Part shown: one piece after another, positions 1-11,199 of the stretch
How the letters are laid out: every line of letters begins with the position of its first letter
Position numbering within the stretch: the first letter of the stretch is position 1
Assembly (NCBI GenBank): GCA_009914755.4
Contig: CP068257.2
Coordinates: 22,720,001-22,784,000 of the forward strand
Reading direction: 5' to 3'
DNA: 64,000 nt
DNA from: the human T2T-CHM13v2.0 reference genome, Homo sapiens
Translations under genes and position numbers: made by a program
Notes under the pieces: model-generated
Databases searched by the model: none
What the model was told of the DNA's origin: nothing
What the model saw: only the letters and a program-made list of their open reading frames with translations

Positions 1-1240
1 ACTGGTTTTAGGACATAATGGAACATTATGGCAAAAGACTTCACTCTTCAAGGTTAACAAGAGTCAGTTTAAATAAACTGTCCATATATACTTTGAGGAA
101 TAATTTTTGACTGTGAAGACATCAATAAAATTTTGCTTCAATTATAATTAAAATTTTTAAAAATTGCACTACTGTTCAGAATGTTTTCCTTAATTTTTAA
201 TTATTTTTGTCAAAAATGTAGAAAGCAAAAATTCTGTGACACTAACTGTATTAGGTGCTGAGGTTATAAAATTGATTGTCTAGGCTCTAAACCTTTCATC
301 AAAGAGAGAAAAATATGACATAAATAACATATTAAGTATACACGTGAATGTGTGTGTATAAAAGTCCAAACTGAGACTAGAGATACATTGTAAGAAGGAT
401 AATTGATATTAAAATCTGAAGATTGAGTTGCAAGCCTTTTGGATGTTAGAAACACATTCCAGATAGAGGGGAAAATAGTATGTATAAAGGAATTGAACAG
501 AGTAAAGTCATTTGGTTCTCCAGGAACTGAAAAGAAAGACAAGCATGGTTCAAGTGCATAGAGAAAATGGGGGAGTGGCAAAAAAGATAAGTTGGAGAGA
601 TAGTTGTTGCACAAGTCCTCCAGTTGCACAGGTTTGTGAATGGTTTGATATTTTATCATATTTTAATCAATGTGAAATGGGAAATTATAGTTAACGACAA
701 ATTTTATTTTACATATATACTCCTTTTTAATGATTCCCATTTCCCATGTGTAGGGAATACAGGAGTGTTCTTAAACGACAAACTCTTTAACTTCGTGGAA
801 TTTACATTTTTGTGGGTTGGGAGAGCAAAAAATAATAGTAAAGAATAAATATGGCATTCTTAATATTTTCACTGCTGATGAGAATTATGAAGAATGATAC
901 AGCAGGAAAAAGTAGTGAAAGGAATTAAAACGTGCTATTTCCTCCTTTATAGGCTTGTCAGGGAAGCTCTGAAGGTGAGGAACAGAACGTGATGAGGTCA
1001 GAGAGATGTGTGAGTGGTAGGTCCTGGATGAGCATATAAGCCATCTTATAAACTTTGGCTTTTAATCGCTTGAGGTTAGGTGAGAGCAGTTGGTAGGGAA
1101 TACCATGTGTCTATTTTAAATATGTTTGAAGCTATTATAGTATTAGAAAAGACTAGAAGGAAAAATAAAAGATGTCTCCTAAAACTGTGTATTTGATATG
1201 TTTACTGAGAAAAGGAAGTCTAAGCAAATAAGAGGTATGA

Positions 1241-1590
<350 letters not shown>

Positions 1591-4549
1591 TAGATATGTA
1601 AGCAGAGGTTTCCAATTGGCATTTGCATATGTCCATCTGTAGTTCCAGGAAAGGTTTTTTTGGTAGGCACTATAGTTTTGGGCAACCCTGGAATATACAT
1701 ATTTTTTAAAAGAGGACTTCTTAAGTTCCCATGAATCTGCAGTATTTAAATTTAGAAGGCTAAAATATAATCTATTTGGATTTTTAAACATTTTTGTTAA
1801 ATCATAATATACACACAGGAAAATGCACAAATCTTGATGAATTTTGACAAGTTCAATGTAACCATGAAACTATCACCCAAATCTAGAGACAGAACAGTAT
1901 AAGGTCCCAAAGGATCCTTTGTGCTCTTTTCTATTGACTATAGCTTCCAAAGTGCAACCACTATTCTAATATCAATGAGCATAAATTGTTTGTACTCCAT
2001 ATAAACTAAATCACAATAATGTACTTTTATCCTGGATTTCTTTGGTCAACACTTTGTTTGTGAGATTTCTCCATATTGCTATAAAAATGTATATAGTTCG
2101 AATTTTGAAATTAAATTATTTTTTACAAGGCTAGAATTTTACTTTATTTTTAGAGAAGATAATGTGGAAGGTTTAACTCAATCAAACGTTTTATAAATGT
2201 TTTATAACTGGTAAGTGGAAGTACTTACCTGATTTTTTTTGAGCAAAGTAAATCTTCCAAGTTTATATACCTGCACAAATGTCCACTTTACTTATTGTTT
2301 GATATATAGATATTCTGCAACACAAAATAAACTAAACCTAAAAACATATACACACATGCATGGAGGTAAACATGGATCATGTGTGTGCATGTATGCATGT
2401 ATGCATGTATGTAAAATGTAATTGCGTAGCCAATTGGAAAATTAATTTAAATTTATAGAGATAATACAGGAAATAAAATGACTACTTTTTTTGTACTGCC
2501 AATTGCTTTATCCATAATGATTGCCAACAGTAAAATTTAAACATTTTCTAAAACTCATTCTCCCAGCTTTTTGGAAGATTCTTTTAGTTCATTCATAATT
2601 TTTTGATTGTGGTAGCTGTGTATCAAACTTTGAATTTAAAAGCTAGAAATGTTTATTTTCCCTGAAATAGAACACATTTGTCACCACTAAGAATTTCATT
2701 TGCTTTACTTTATTCACATAGAAAATGTATGGAATAAATAAGACATCCCAGCATGCAGAGATCTGAAATAAAATTCCAGTGCACCAATAAAATAAATGTG
2801 TTTATTGTACATGATTCTAATAATAAATATTGTGTTAGTGTTTACTGAGCACAGACTAGGTCAGTGTATATCTCTCTTTCATCAAATGAACACAAAGATC
2901 TTGTGAAGATAGTGTTATTGTTTTCATTTTATATATTGATTTATAATTTAAAAAGCTTAAATAATTTGTCCAAACTCATCGAAAATCTTGAGTAAAAAAG
3001 ATTTCTGTCAGGCTTTCTAGAACTCTGAACATATAAATACAGTAAAGAGGAAGCAGAAAATACAATTGCAAATAGAACTACACACCAGCCAGTATTAGCT
3101 AAACATTAAACATTAGTTTAGTTTTAATTTTGAAGCAAATTTATTAATATACATAAATAATTCTCCAGATATTTATGTCTTTTCTCTATAAGCTAAATTT
3201 TGGGATCTATTCTGTATGTTTGTATGTCTGCATTTGTATGCTTATTCTTGTCTCCCCTGCCGCCCTTTCCATCTCTCTTTCTACATGGATAGGTAGATAG
3301 ATAAGCAGACAGATAGCTAGACCCATTATAACATTATATTAGCAGTTAAAGGACAGGAGATTTTAAAAAGCTTATGAAAGAGTAATTAATAATGAACCCC
3401 TGGCTATGCCAGGAAATCTAGTGACAAATTGGCTATGTAGAAAGAACAGGTAACAAGCCATTATTGATGCTGATTAGTTGTCACAAAGAAATAAACATGA
3501 AGCTTAGTCATTGATAAGTCTATTAAAAGGTAAGTGTTTGTAAGAAATATGAAAACGCTTTACAGACTAAATATATTGGAAGAAAAATTGGAGAAAAATG
3601 AGCGAGTCTTTAGAGAAAAGAATAGGGGTGGAGCTGCCTGTACAACTGAAATTGCACTGACCATGAAAACCATTAATAGAAAATTGGACAAGGAAAATTT
3701 AGGAGATGGAAGAAACGATTATTTTTAATAAATGATTTCAAAATTGTTATACCATTTAAAAAATGTTTGAGATACTAATTTGAAATTTCTAGTCCAAAGA
3801 CCCGAAAGAGTTAATATATGTAGGGAAGTGACTAATGCATTTTCGGGAAGGTCCTTTAAAAAAAATTAAAACTTTAATAACACAACTGCAGTTGAAATCA
3901 CATTTACATCTGAGATAAAGAAAATAGTAATGTTATGGCTGATTTGAAATAATGCAGACTAATCGTAAAATAATAGCTATAACAATAATGGAATTAAATG
4001 AGTAATTCATTTTACAGATTAATCTCTGTGGGTTACATTAGCTAAAGACAAACATTTATTTGCAAGTTTTTTTTCTAATATCAGTGTAATGAAGAACTAA
4101 ATTGTACAAGACTATACAAAAATATTTAAGACATCTTTTTTTGTATATAGATCACTGTGAAAGCTTTCCCATCTTTCATTGCTATTTTCTTGATTACTAT
4201 TAATTTTTATAATTCACAACTTTTACTTTACTATTCTTCAATATGGTACTTCATTGCAATTGGCTACCTAAGTAAACTTTATACATATGAAACAAAACCA
4301 AACAAAATGATAAGGTTGTGGGCCATGAATTTTTTATTATTTTGTCTGGATTAATTCAAGGTACGCCTCAGTAGCACTTTCTTATTCAAGACACTGAGGG
4401 TAGAAAATAATTGTTATTTCCAATACCTAATTCCAACATAAACTGGCAGGCAGGAATAAAGTTAAGTCTTCTGATTGAGAGGGAACAAGTTAGTAATAGT
4501 GTTTGCTCAATTCCTTATAAATGAGGATTACTGTTTTAACAAAAATCTT

Positions 4550-4837
4550 GGCTGGGCGCGGTGGCTCACGCCTGTTATCCCAGCAATTTGGGAGGCCGAG
4601 GCAGGCAGATCACGAGGTCAGGAGATCCAGACCATCCTGGCTAACATGGTGAAAACCCATCTCTACTAAAAATACAAAAATACAAAAAATTAGATGGGTG
4701 TGGTGGCAGGCGCCTGTAGTCCCAGCCACTCGGGAGGCTGAGGCAGGAGAATGGAGTGAACCCGGGAGGTGGAGCTTTCAGTGAGCTGAGATTGCACCAC
4801 TGCACTCCAGCCTGGGCACCAGAGCGAGATTCCGTCT

Positions 4838-4876
<39 letters not shown>
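4550..4876 (+). mobile_element. Alu SINE (AluY/Sc-like) with an unusually long pure poly-A tail (~37 A, 4840-4876)
   Basis: Starts 'ggctgggcgcggtggctcacgcctgttatcccagc'. Carries the diagnostic 'gagatccagaccatcctggctaacatggtgaaaa' and a right arm ending 'gcactccagcctgggcaccagagcgagattccgtctc' followed by A37. Several CpG-to-TpG changes indicate it is not brand new. Confidence 0.95.
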
Positions 4877-4879
<3 letters not shown>

Positions 4880-6282
4880 TTGCCTCTAGAGAAAACATTC
4901 TACTTCATTTTTTTTTTGTCGACCTAATGTAGCTAATCATCTCAAATGTGAGCTGTTAGGTGAGAAGTTTTACATATTAAAAATCAAGTATTTTTCAATC
5001 AGTTGATAATCACTTTCCTGCTCTCTGTAGGTGACTATTGATTCATTGGTTTGAAATAATATGAGACAGTTGACAGACAGTAATAGTAATGTAAGCAATT
5101 CTCCTCAAGTAAAAAGAGCTTTGTAAATATGAGATTGTTTCTCTCCATTTCAGTATAAGATATTTAATTCCTCATAGTCTTATTAATTGCACTGTTAATC
5201 TTTTGATATAACTTCTTTTAAAAAATTAAAACAATAAAAAATAGAATTATATTACTACTACTAATAAATCAGAAAGCTTTAAATTACTATAAATATATAC
5301 TGTAGTATGCGAAAGTATATACGTGCTATACGTTTCTCATGCTTTTACTGAGAAATAGTCCTTTATAAAAATAAATAGAAGGGTATTTCATTCCTTTAAT
5401 AATTTATTGTCGTAACTTCAATGGTTATATCTTAGCTGCAACAAGATGGAATGACAAAGGTCTATTAATGTAATACAATAAGGAAATCATGTGTGGCCTT
5501 TGTCACAGAATACCAAACACATGTAATTCAGGCCAAATTTGAATAACGTGTTACCTAGCAAAGTGGTATGCTTTGCTTTGCTTTATTCTAGTGCTGTGCT
5601 TTATTCTTTTTCAGAATTTGTTTCAAAAACCCATTGCCTGACCTTAATCCAACCTCTATCCTTGAGTCCCAACAGCCTGCTCTCTCAGGAAACTTTGTGC
5701 ACACACTGAACTGCTTGCTATTCTTATTCACATTCTAAGACACTTTCCAAGGAGAGGGATTATTTTCATCTTCAAGTCAAGATGTGTCTTTGAAATCCAG
5801 AAGACTTGAGGAAGTATTGGAGACAATGCAGTTTTCCAAGAGGAAAGTTAATGGAATGAGGAGTGGCTTATAAACATGAGAAAGTAAAATGACTAAGTTC
5901 TCAAGAATGAGAGCAAGTTAGCAGGGTCAACTTTATTCTAAATGAATATTTTATATTATTTCAGTAGTGGAAATCTTTTAGACAGTGAGTGTCAGTATAG
6001 AGTGAAGTAATGAACATCTCATCAACAGTGAAATAATATGAGGAATTTTAGAAAGCACAAAAAGTATAAAATTTACTATAAATCATTTAAAATACATATA
6101 AAATACATATAAAAATCATAAGTCCAAAATTTCAATTTGAAAAATGATCAAATGTTGGTTGGAAAAAATTTTATTAATTGTTTAATAATCTTAATTTTTT
6201 TAATTTTTAATTGTTTTATTGGAGTTATAAAACAATCATATGTCATTTTGTAATAATAGTGTACTATATGGCTGTCCTAGTC

Positions 6283-6420
6283 CATTTACTGTTGCTTACA
6301 ACAGACTCCCTATAACTAGGTAATTTATAAAGGACAGGAACTTATTTCTTACACTGGTGGGGGCTGAGAAGTCCAAGATCCCAGGACTGCTTATGGTGAT
6401 GGTCTTATTTTTCCAGGACT
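6283..6420 (+). mobile_element. MLT1-type (ERVL-MaLR) LTR fragment, 5' portion
   Basis: 'tgtcctagtccatttactgttgcttacaacagactccctataactaggtaatttataaaggacaggaacttatttcttacactggtgggggctgagaagtccaagatcccagg' matches my memory of the MLT1 LTR 5' end ('tgtcttagtcc...gctataacaaaatacc...ttctggaggctgggaagtccaagatcaagg'). The same family recurs at 21723 and 30905. Confidence 0.7.
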
Positions 6421-6892
6421 TGTAGGTCAATAAGTCTGAAACGACTAACGTTGAATTTTGGTTGAAATCACTAGAGCATAATGAAGACTTTCAACTGAAG
6501 GGTTGCCTGCATCACCCTCTTTAACTTTAGATGACAGATTTTTGCACTCTTCTCAGGTACTCAGTTATGTTGTGTGGCTAATATTTAATAAGAAAGTTAA
6601 TGGCATTTGGAATCTCATATCAGGGCTCTAATGCCAACAGCTGTAGCTATTATTCCTTTCACCCATGTGTATATGATCGGCACTCTACTATGGGAAGCTC
6701 CTGAAGAACTGCCTAAGAACAAGGTACTTATTCTCTGTATCCCTAGCAAACATCCCAAGTATGGAAATGGAAAGCACTCAACCAATTTATAAATAAAAGA
6801 ATAAATGAATGAATGATATGGATCTTATTACAGATTTCATTAGTTTCATGAATATCATACCTATAATGATACCTAGCAATAGACTTCCTAGA

Positions 6893-7085
6893 ATAGTACA
6901 TTTTAAATTCAGATTATAAGTAATGAACATTAACTTTTAAGTTGTGTTGATTAAACATAAGCAATTATAATAATATTTTGTGAAAATTTGCAGAATACAT
7001 TTTAAATTCAGATTAAAATTAATAAATATAACTCTATTAGTTGTATTGATTAAACACAAACTAATATAATACGACTTTACAAAAG
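6893..7085. repeat. Local tandem duplication, two diverged copies of a ~95-bp AT-rich unit
   Basis: Copy 1 is 'agtacattttaaattcagattataagtaatgaacattaacttttaagttgtgttgattaaacataagcaattataataat...'. Copy 2 is 'atacattttaaattcagattaaaattaataaatataactctattagttgtattgattaaacacaaactaatataatac...'. Both are visible by eye. Confidence 0.75.
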
Positions 7086-7840
7086 GCGTCATAAAAGTAC
7101 TTATCACATTTAACATGTAAATTTCTTCTGCTGTTTATAGCCATGCCAAGTAATGTATGTTTGACACTTCATATGACACTTCAAAATTGCACTTTGTAAT
7201 GCAATATTTTGACATATAACTGCAAATAAAGACTAAATGACTGCAAGAGAAAAAAAGTGACAGATACTCCAGCCTGCTTTATTCAGCCATGTTAGCAACA
7301 GCTAACCCTGAAACTTTTAAATGATGATAGAGTAGAAATAAAACAGAATTCTGGTCCCCATATAAGAAATGAGAGATTAAGAAGGGAAATATCACATTGA
7401 TTTGAAAAATACCATTTTAAAAGTATTTGATGGTTTGTTTATTTCTGATTATGAAAAAAAAAAGGCTTGGTTTGAGATAATGGAATATAAAGAACATTGC
7501 TGCTTTCCTCTCTCAAAAAACACCTTCAGATACCAAGAAGACACACAAAAAAATGCAAATTAATAGTTCACAAAATAAGGAAATATTTTTAACCTAAAGC
7601 TGCAACATATGATGAAGAGCTGCCAAATAACATAAGGCTTCAAGAAGTGTTGCAAAAGATGGCCAAGGAGACGTCTGCAGCTGCAGGCCTCAGGGATAAC
7701 TCAGTTTTGCAATAGCTATGATTTCTTGCTTTAAGTAATAGTAAGGAGAACTGCTGTCTGATGTATGAAACTTTCTCTGTCTGGTTTGCAACCATAAAGA
7801 AGTGGTGGAAATGTGTGTTGGAAAGAGAGATAACCTAGGT

Positions 7841-8283
7841 GTCATGGTTAATACTGTCAATTTGATTGGATTGAAGGATGCAAAGTATTATTCCTGAGTG
7901 TATCTGTAAGGGTGTTGCCAAAGGAGATTAACATTTGAGTCAGTGCATTGGGAAAGCAGACCCACGCTCAATCTGGGTGGGCACAATCTAATCAGCAGTC
8001 AGCATAGCCAGAATAAAATGCAGGCAGAAGAACGTGGAGCAATTAGACTGGCTAAGCCTCCCTGCCTACATCTTTCTCCCGTGCTGGAGGCTCCCTGCCC
8101 TCAAACATCAGACTCCAAGTTCTTCAGCTTTGTGAATGGACTAGCTTCCTTGATCCTCAGTTTGCAGATGGCCTATTGTAAGACCTTGTGATCATGTGAG
8201 TTAATACTCTTCAATAAATTCCTCTTTATATATACATCAATCCTATTAGTTCTGTCCTTCTAGAGAACTGTAATACGCTAGGT
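7841..8283 (+). mobile_element. Solo ERVL-MaLR LTR (MST-like family, 'tgtgatggttaat...ctaataca' type)
   Basis: Begins 'tgtcatggttaatactgtcaatttgattgg'. Contains '...gagattaacatttgagtcagtgcattgggaaagcagacccacgctcaatctgggtgggcacaatctaatcagcagtcag...'. Ends '...cttcaataaattcctctttatatatacatcaatcctattagttctgtccttctagagaactgtaatac'. This is colinear with a MaLR LTR consensus recalled from memory. Confidence 0.8.
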
Positions 8284-8912
8284 ACACCATGTTTGTTACA
8301 AACATTCTGCCTGTGAGAAGCCGTTTATCTGCTAATCTCTGTTAGATGAGGAAGGGTGAAGAAAACAATAAATTACAGATCCCAATGGGAAATCGATAGA
8401 TTTGGCTACATAAAAATTGGTATTTACGATTTTTTAAAAAAATCTCCCAAATAGTTACAAATAATACTCTAGAAAGTAATTGTAATGAATGCAAAACACA
8501 TTCACACATCCTTAATATAAAAGCTGTAGAAAATATTAAATATTTTACCCTTAAATAGATGTAAGTCAAAACGTGAATATTTTGCAGAAAAATTCATCAA
8601 ATTAATAACTGTCTATAATATCAACAATAAACACAAAAATGAAATTTGCCTTTTTATTAAACAATTTTAGAAACATTAATAAAGTAAACATATTATTTGC
8701 TGGTGAGTGGATCATATAATAGACACTTCTATAGCTCTCAGATATATTATTGTATATGCAATGAGAAAACATCAATATAACATTTCTGGATGAAAATGTA
8801 GCAATGCAAACAATTATCTAACGTTTAATAAATTGATATAGCATAGAGCATCATAACAGACAGTGTTTAGAAGAAAAACCATAAAATTACTAAAAGAAAA
8901 TGTAAAAGCACC

Positions 8913-9220
8913 ATCTAGCATGGTAGCTCATTCCTGTAATCCCAGTGCTTTTGGAGATGGAAGCCAGAGAATCACTTGAGGCCAGGTGTTTGAGACCAGC
9001 CTGGGCAACATAGTGAGACTTCATTTCTACACAAAATTGTAAAATTAACCAGGTGTGGTGACACACACTTGTATTCTTAGCTATTCAGGAGGCTGAGGCA
9101 GAAGGATTGCTTGAGCCTAGAAGTTCAAGGCTGCAAGGAGCTATGATTGCACCACTGCACTCCAACCCAGGTGACACAGCAAGACCTTGTCTCTAAAAAT
9201 AAAATAAAAAAATTAAAAAG
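8913..9220 (+). mobile_element. Alu SINE (older, AluJ-like)
   Basis: 'catctagcatggtagctcattcctgtaatcccagtgcttttggagatggaagccagagaatcacttgaggccaggtgtttgagaccagcctgggcaacatagtgagac...gcaccactgcactccaacccaggtgacacagcaagaccttgtctctaaaaataaaataaaaaaattaaaaag'. This is a diverged dimeric Alu with an A-rich tail. Confidence 0.92.
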
Positions 9221-9984
9221 TTAGAAGCAGAGCACACATTAGGCAGTCTCTGTGTTAGTTGATGACTGATGTAACATGGGACATTCCTTCGATGTATATA
9301 TACTTAAGGCAAGGTATATACTGCCCTCGCCCCTCCTCTACCACTCAGAGGTGAACTCTCTCCTAAAATTCCCTCCATTCAGTATATTGGTGATCAGTCA
9401 CAAAGTAAAGAAAAAGAGGGAAATTTGCATGTTTTATAATCTCTGGAGGTAGAGTTTGATGGCAAATATTGACAAATTAGGTGAGAAAGGCAAAGATCAG
9501 TAAAGAAACCAGTAAAAATTTCCAAAACTGGAATTTCCTCTTGGGTCACTAGTGTGAATCATAAAGAAAGGAAAGGACAAAATAAGTAGTTCAATAATGC
9601 ACTGAGGTAGCATATTTTAAACATTTGAATCATTTTTATAAAGTAAAACATGCCATTTAACCTAACTATGACACTACTTTTACATTTTGAGGTACTTTCA
9701 TAGAATGACATCTGTTGTTTCTGAACACTGGATGCACTTTATCTGAAGTAACTTAACATTAAATGCATCAGTACTGATTGATTGTTTAAATCATTGTTAT
9801 TAGTAATCTAATTATTTGACCTCAATTACCTTTGTTATTTAGGCATGAGTGATATTTGATAAGGGATGCAAAAAGTTAACAGTTTTTGAACCAAAAATCT
9901 ATCTTTAGGAAACTTCCAGAAATGTAGACAAATATTGAGATTTAAGAAAATGCTGTTTAAATAATAATAAAAACTAAATGATCT

Positions 9985-10680
9985 CACCAACTTGTTAGCA
10001 TGGCCATTATAAAAAAGTTAGAAAATCATAAGCATTTGTGAGGATGTAGAGAAATTAGAACCTTCTTCCACTCTTGGTGAGAATGTCAAATGATGCAGTG
10101 ACTATGAAACACAATATAGAGGTTCCTCAAAACATTAAAAATAGAACTACCGTATCAGCCAGCAATCCCGCTTATGGGTATTTATCCAAAATAATTGAAA
10201 TCAGAATCTCAAAGAGATATTTGCACTCACGTATTTATTGCAGCTTGATTCACAATAGCCAAAAAGTAGAAACAATCAAAGTATCTACCAACAGATGAGT
10301 GAATCAAAAATAATGTGAGATATATATATATATACACACACACAATGGTCTATTATTCACCCATGAAAACAAGAAAGTCCTATAATATGCTGCAACACGG
10401 ATGAACTTTGAAAACATCACGCAATGTGAGTTAATCATTTCACATATCTGAGATGACTAAAGTAGTCAAACTCATGAAAGCAGGGGATAGAGTGGTGGTT
10501 GCCAGGGCTGGGGGAAGGGAGTAAAGGGGAGTTTCTGTTCAATTCTTATAAAGTTTGATAAAGTTACACAAGATGAAAAAATTCTAGAGATCTGCTGTAC
10601 GACACTGTGCTTATAGTTAACGACACTATGCTAAAAATGTGTACATGTGTTAAGAGTGTAGAGCTCATGATTGCCTTTTG
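9985..10680 (+). mobile_element. LINE-1 3' end fragment (old L1M/L1PB-like; ORF2 C-terminus plus 3'UTR)
   Basis: The 10074-10298 (+) ORF and its neighbouring frames translate to decayed L1 ORF2p C-terminal sequence: '...YGYLSKIIEIRISKRYLHSRIYCSLIHNSQKVETIKVSTNR', compare 'LGIYPKE..DICTPMFIAALFTIAKRWKQPKCPSTDEWI'. The DNA reads 'ccagcaatcccgcttatgggtatttatccaaaa...attgcagcttgattcacaatagccaaaaagtagaaacaatcaaagtatctaccaacagatgagtgaatcaaaa', then 'aagcaggggatagagtggtggttgccagggctgggggaagg', typical of an L1M 3'UTR. Confidence 0.88.
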
Positions 10681-10987
10681 TTTTTGTTTTTGAGACAGTA
10701 TCAGTCTGTCACCCAGACTAGAGTGTTGGTTTGTGATCTGGTGTGATCGTAGCTCACTGAAGCCTTGATCTCCCAGGCTAAAGTGAACCTCCCATCTCAG
10801 GCTCCCAAGTAGCTGGGACTATAAGTGTGTGCTACCATGCCTGGTTATTTAAAAAAAAAAAAAATTTTGTAGAGACACATTCTCACTATATTGTGCAGGC
10901 TGGTCTCAAACTCCTGGACTCCAGCAATCCTCTTGCCTCAGCCTCCCAAAGTGCTGAAATTACAATTGTGAGCTATTGTGTCTAGCC
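10676..10987 (-). mobile_element. Alu SINE, minus orientation (AluJ-like), abutting the L1 3' end
   Basis: Poly-T 'ttttgtttttgtttttgagacag' at the left end, then 'tcacccagactagagtg...gctcactgaagccttgatctcccaggctaaagtgaacctcccatctcaggctcccaagtagctgggactataagtgtgtgctaccatgcctgg...gcctcccaaagtgctgaaattacaattgtgagctattgtgtctagcc'. Confidence 0.92.
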
Positions 10988-11199
10988 AAAGTTTTGCTTT
11001 TTTTTTTCCCCCAGGATAAAGAAAGGTGAATGAGAATGGGAAAATAAATTGCATTTTGTTAACAGGATGGACTATTATATAGACATAAATTCCATGTATT
11101 TGAAAAAATTTTTGTCACAGAAAAAAATGAACATTAATAGTAAATGAAATTAATAATAAAAATCATACCTATAGTATTACAGGTTTCTTTGTTGGCTTT

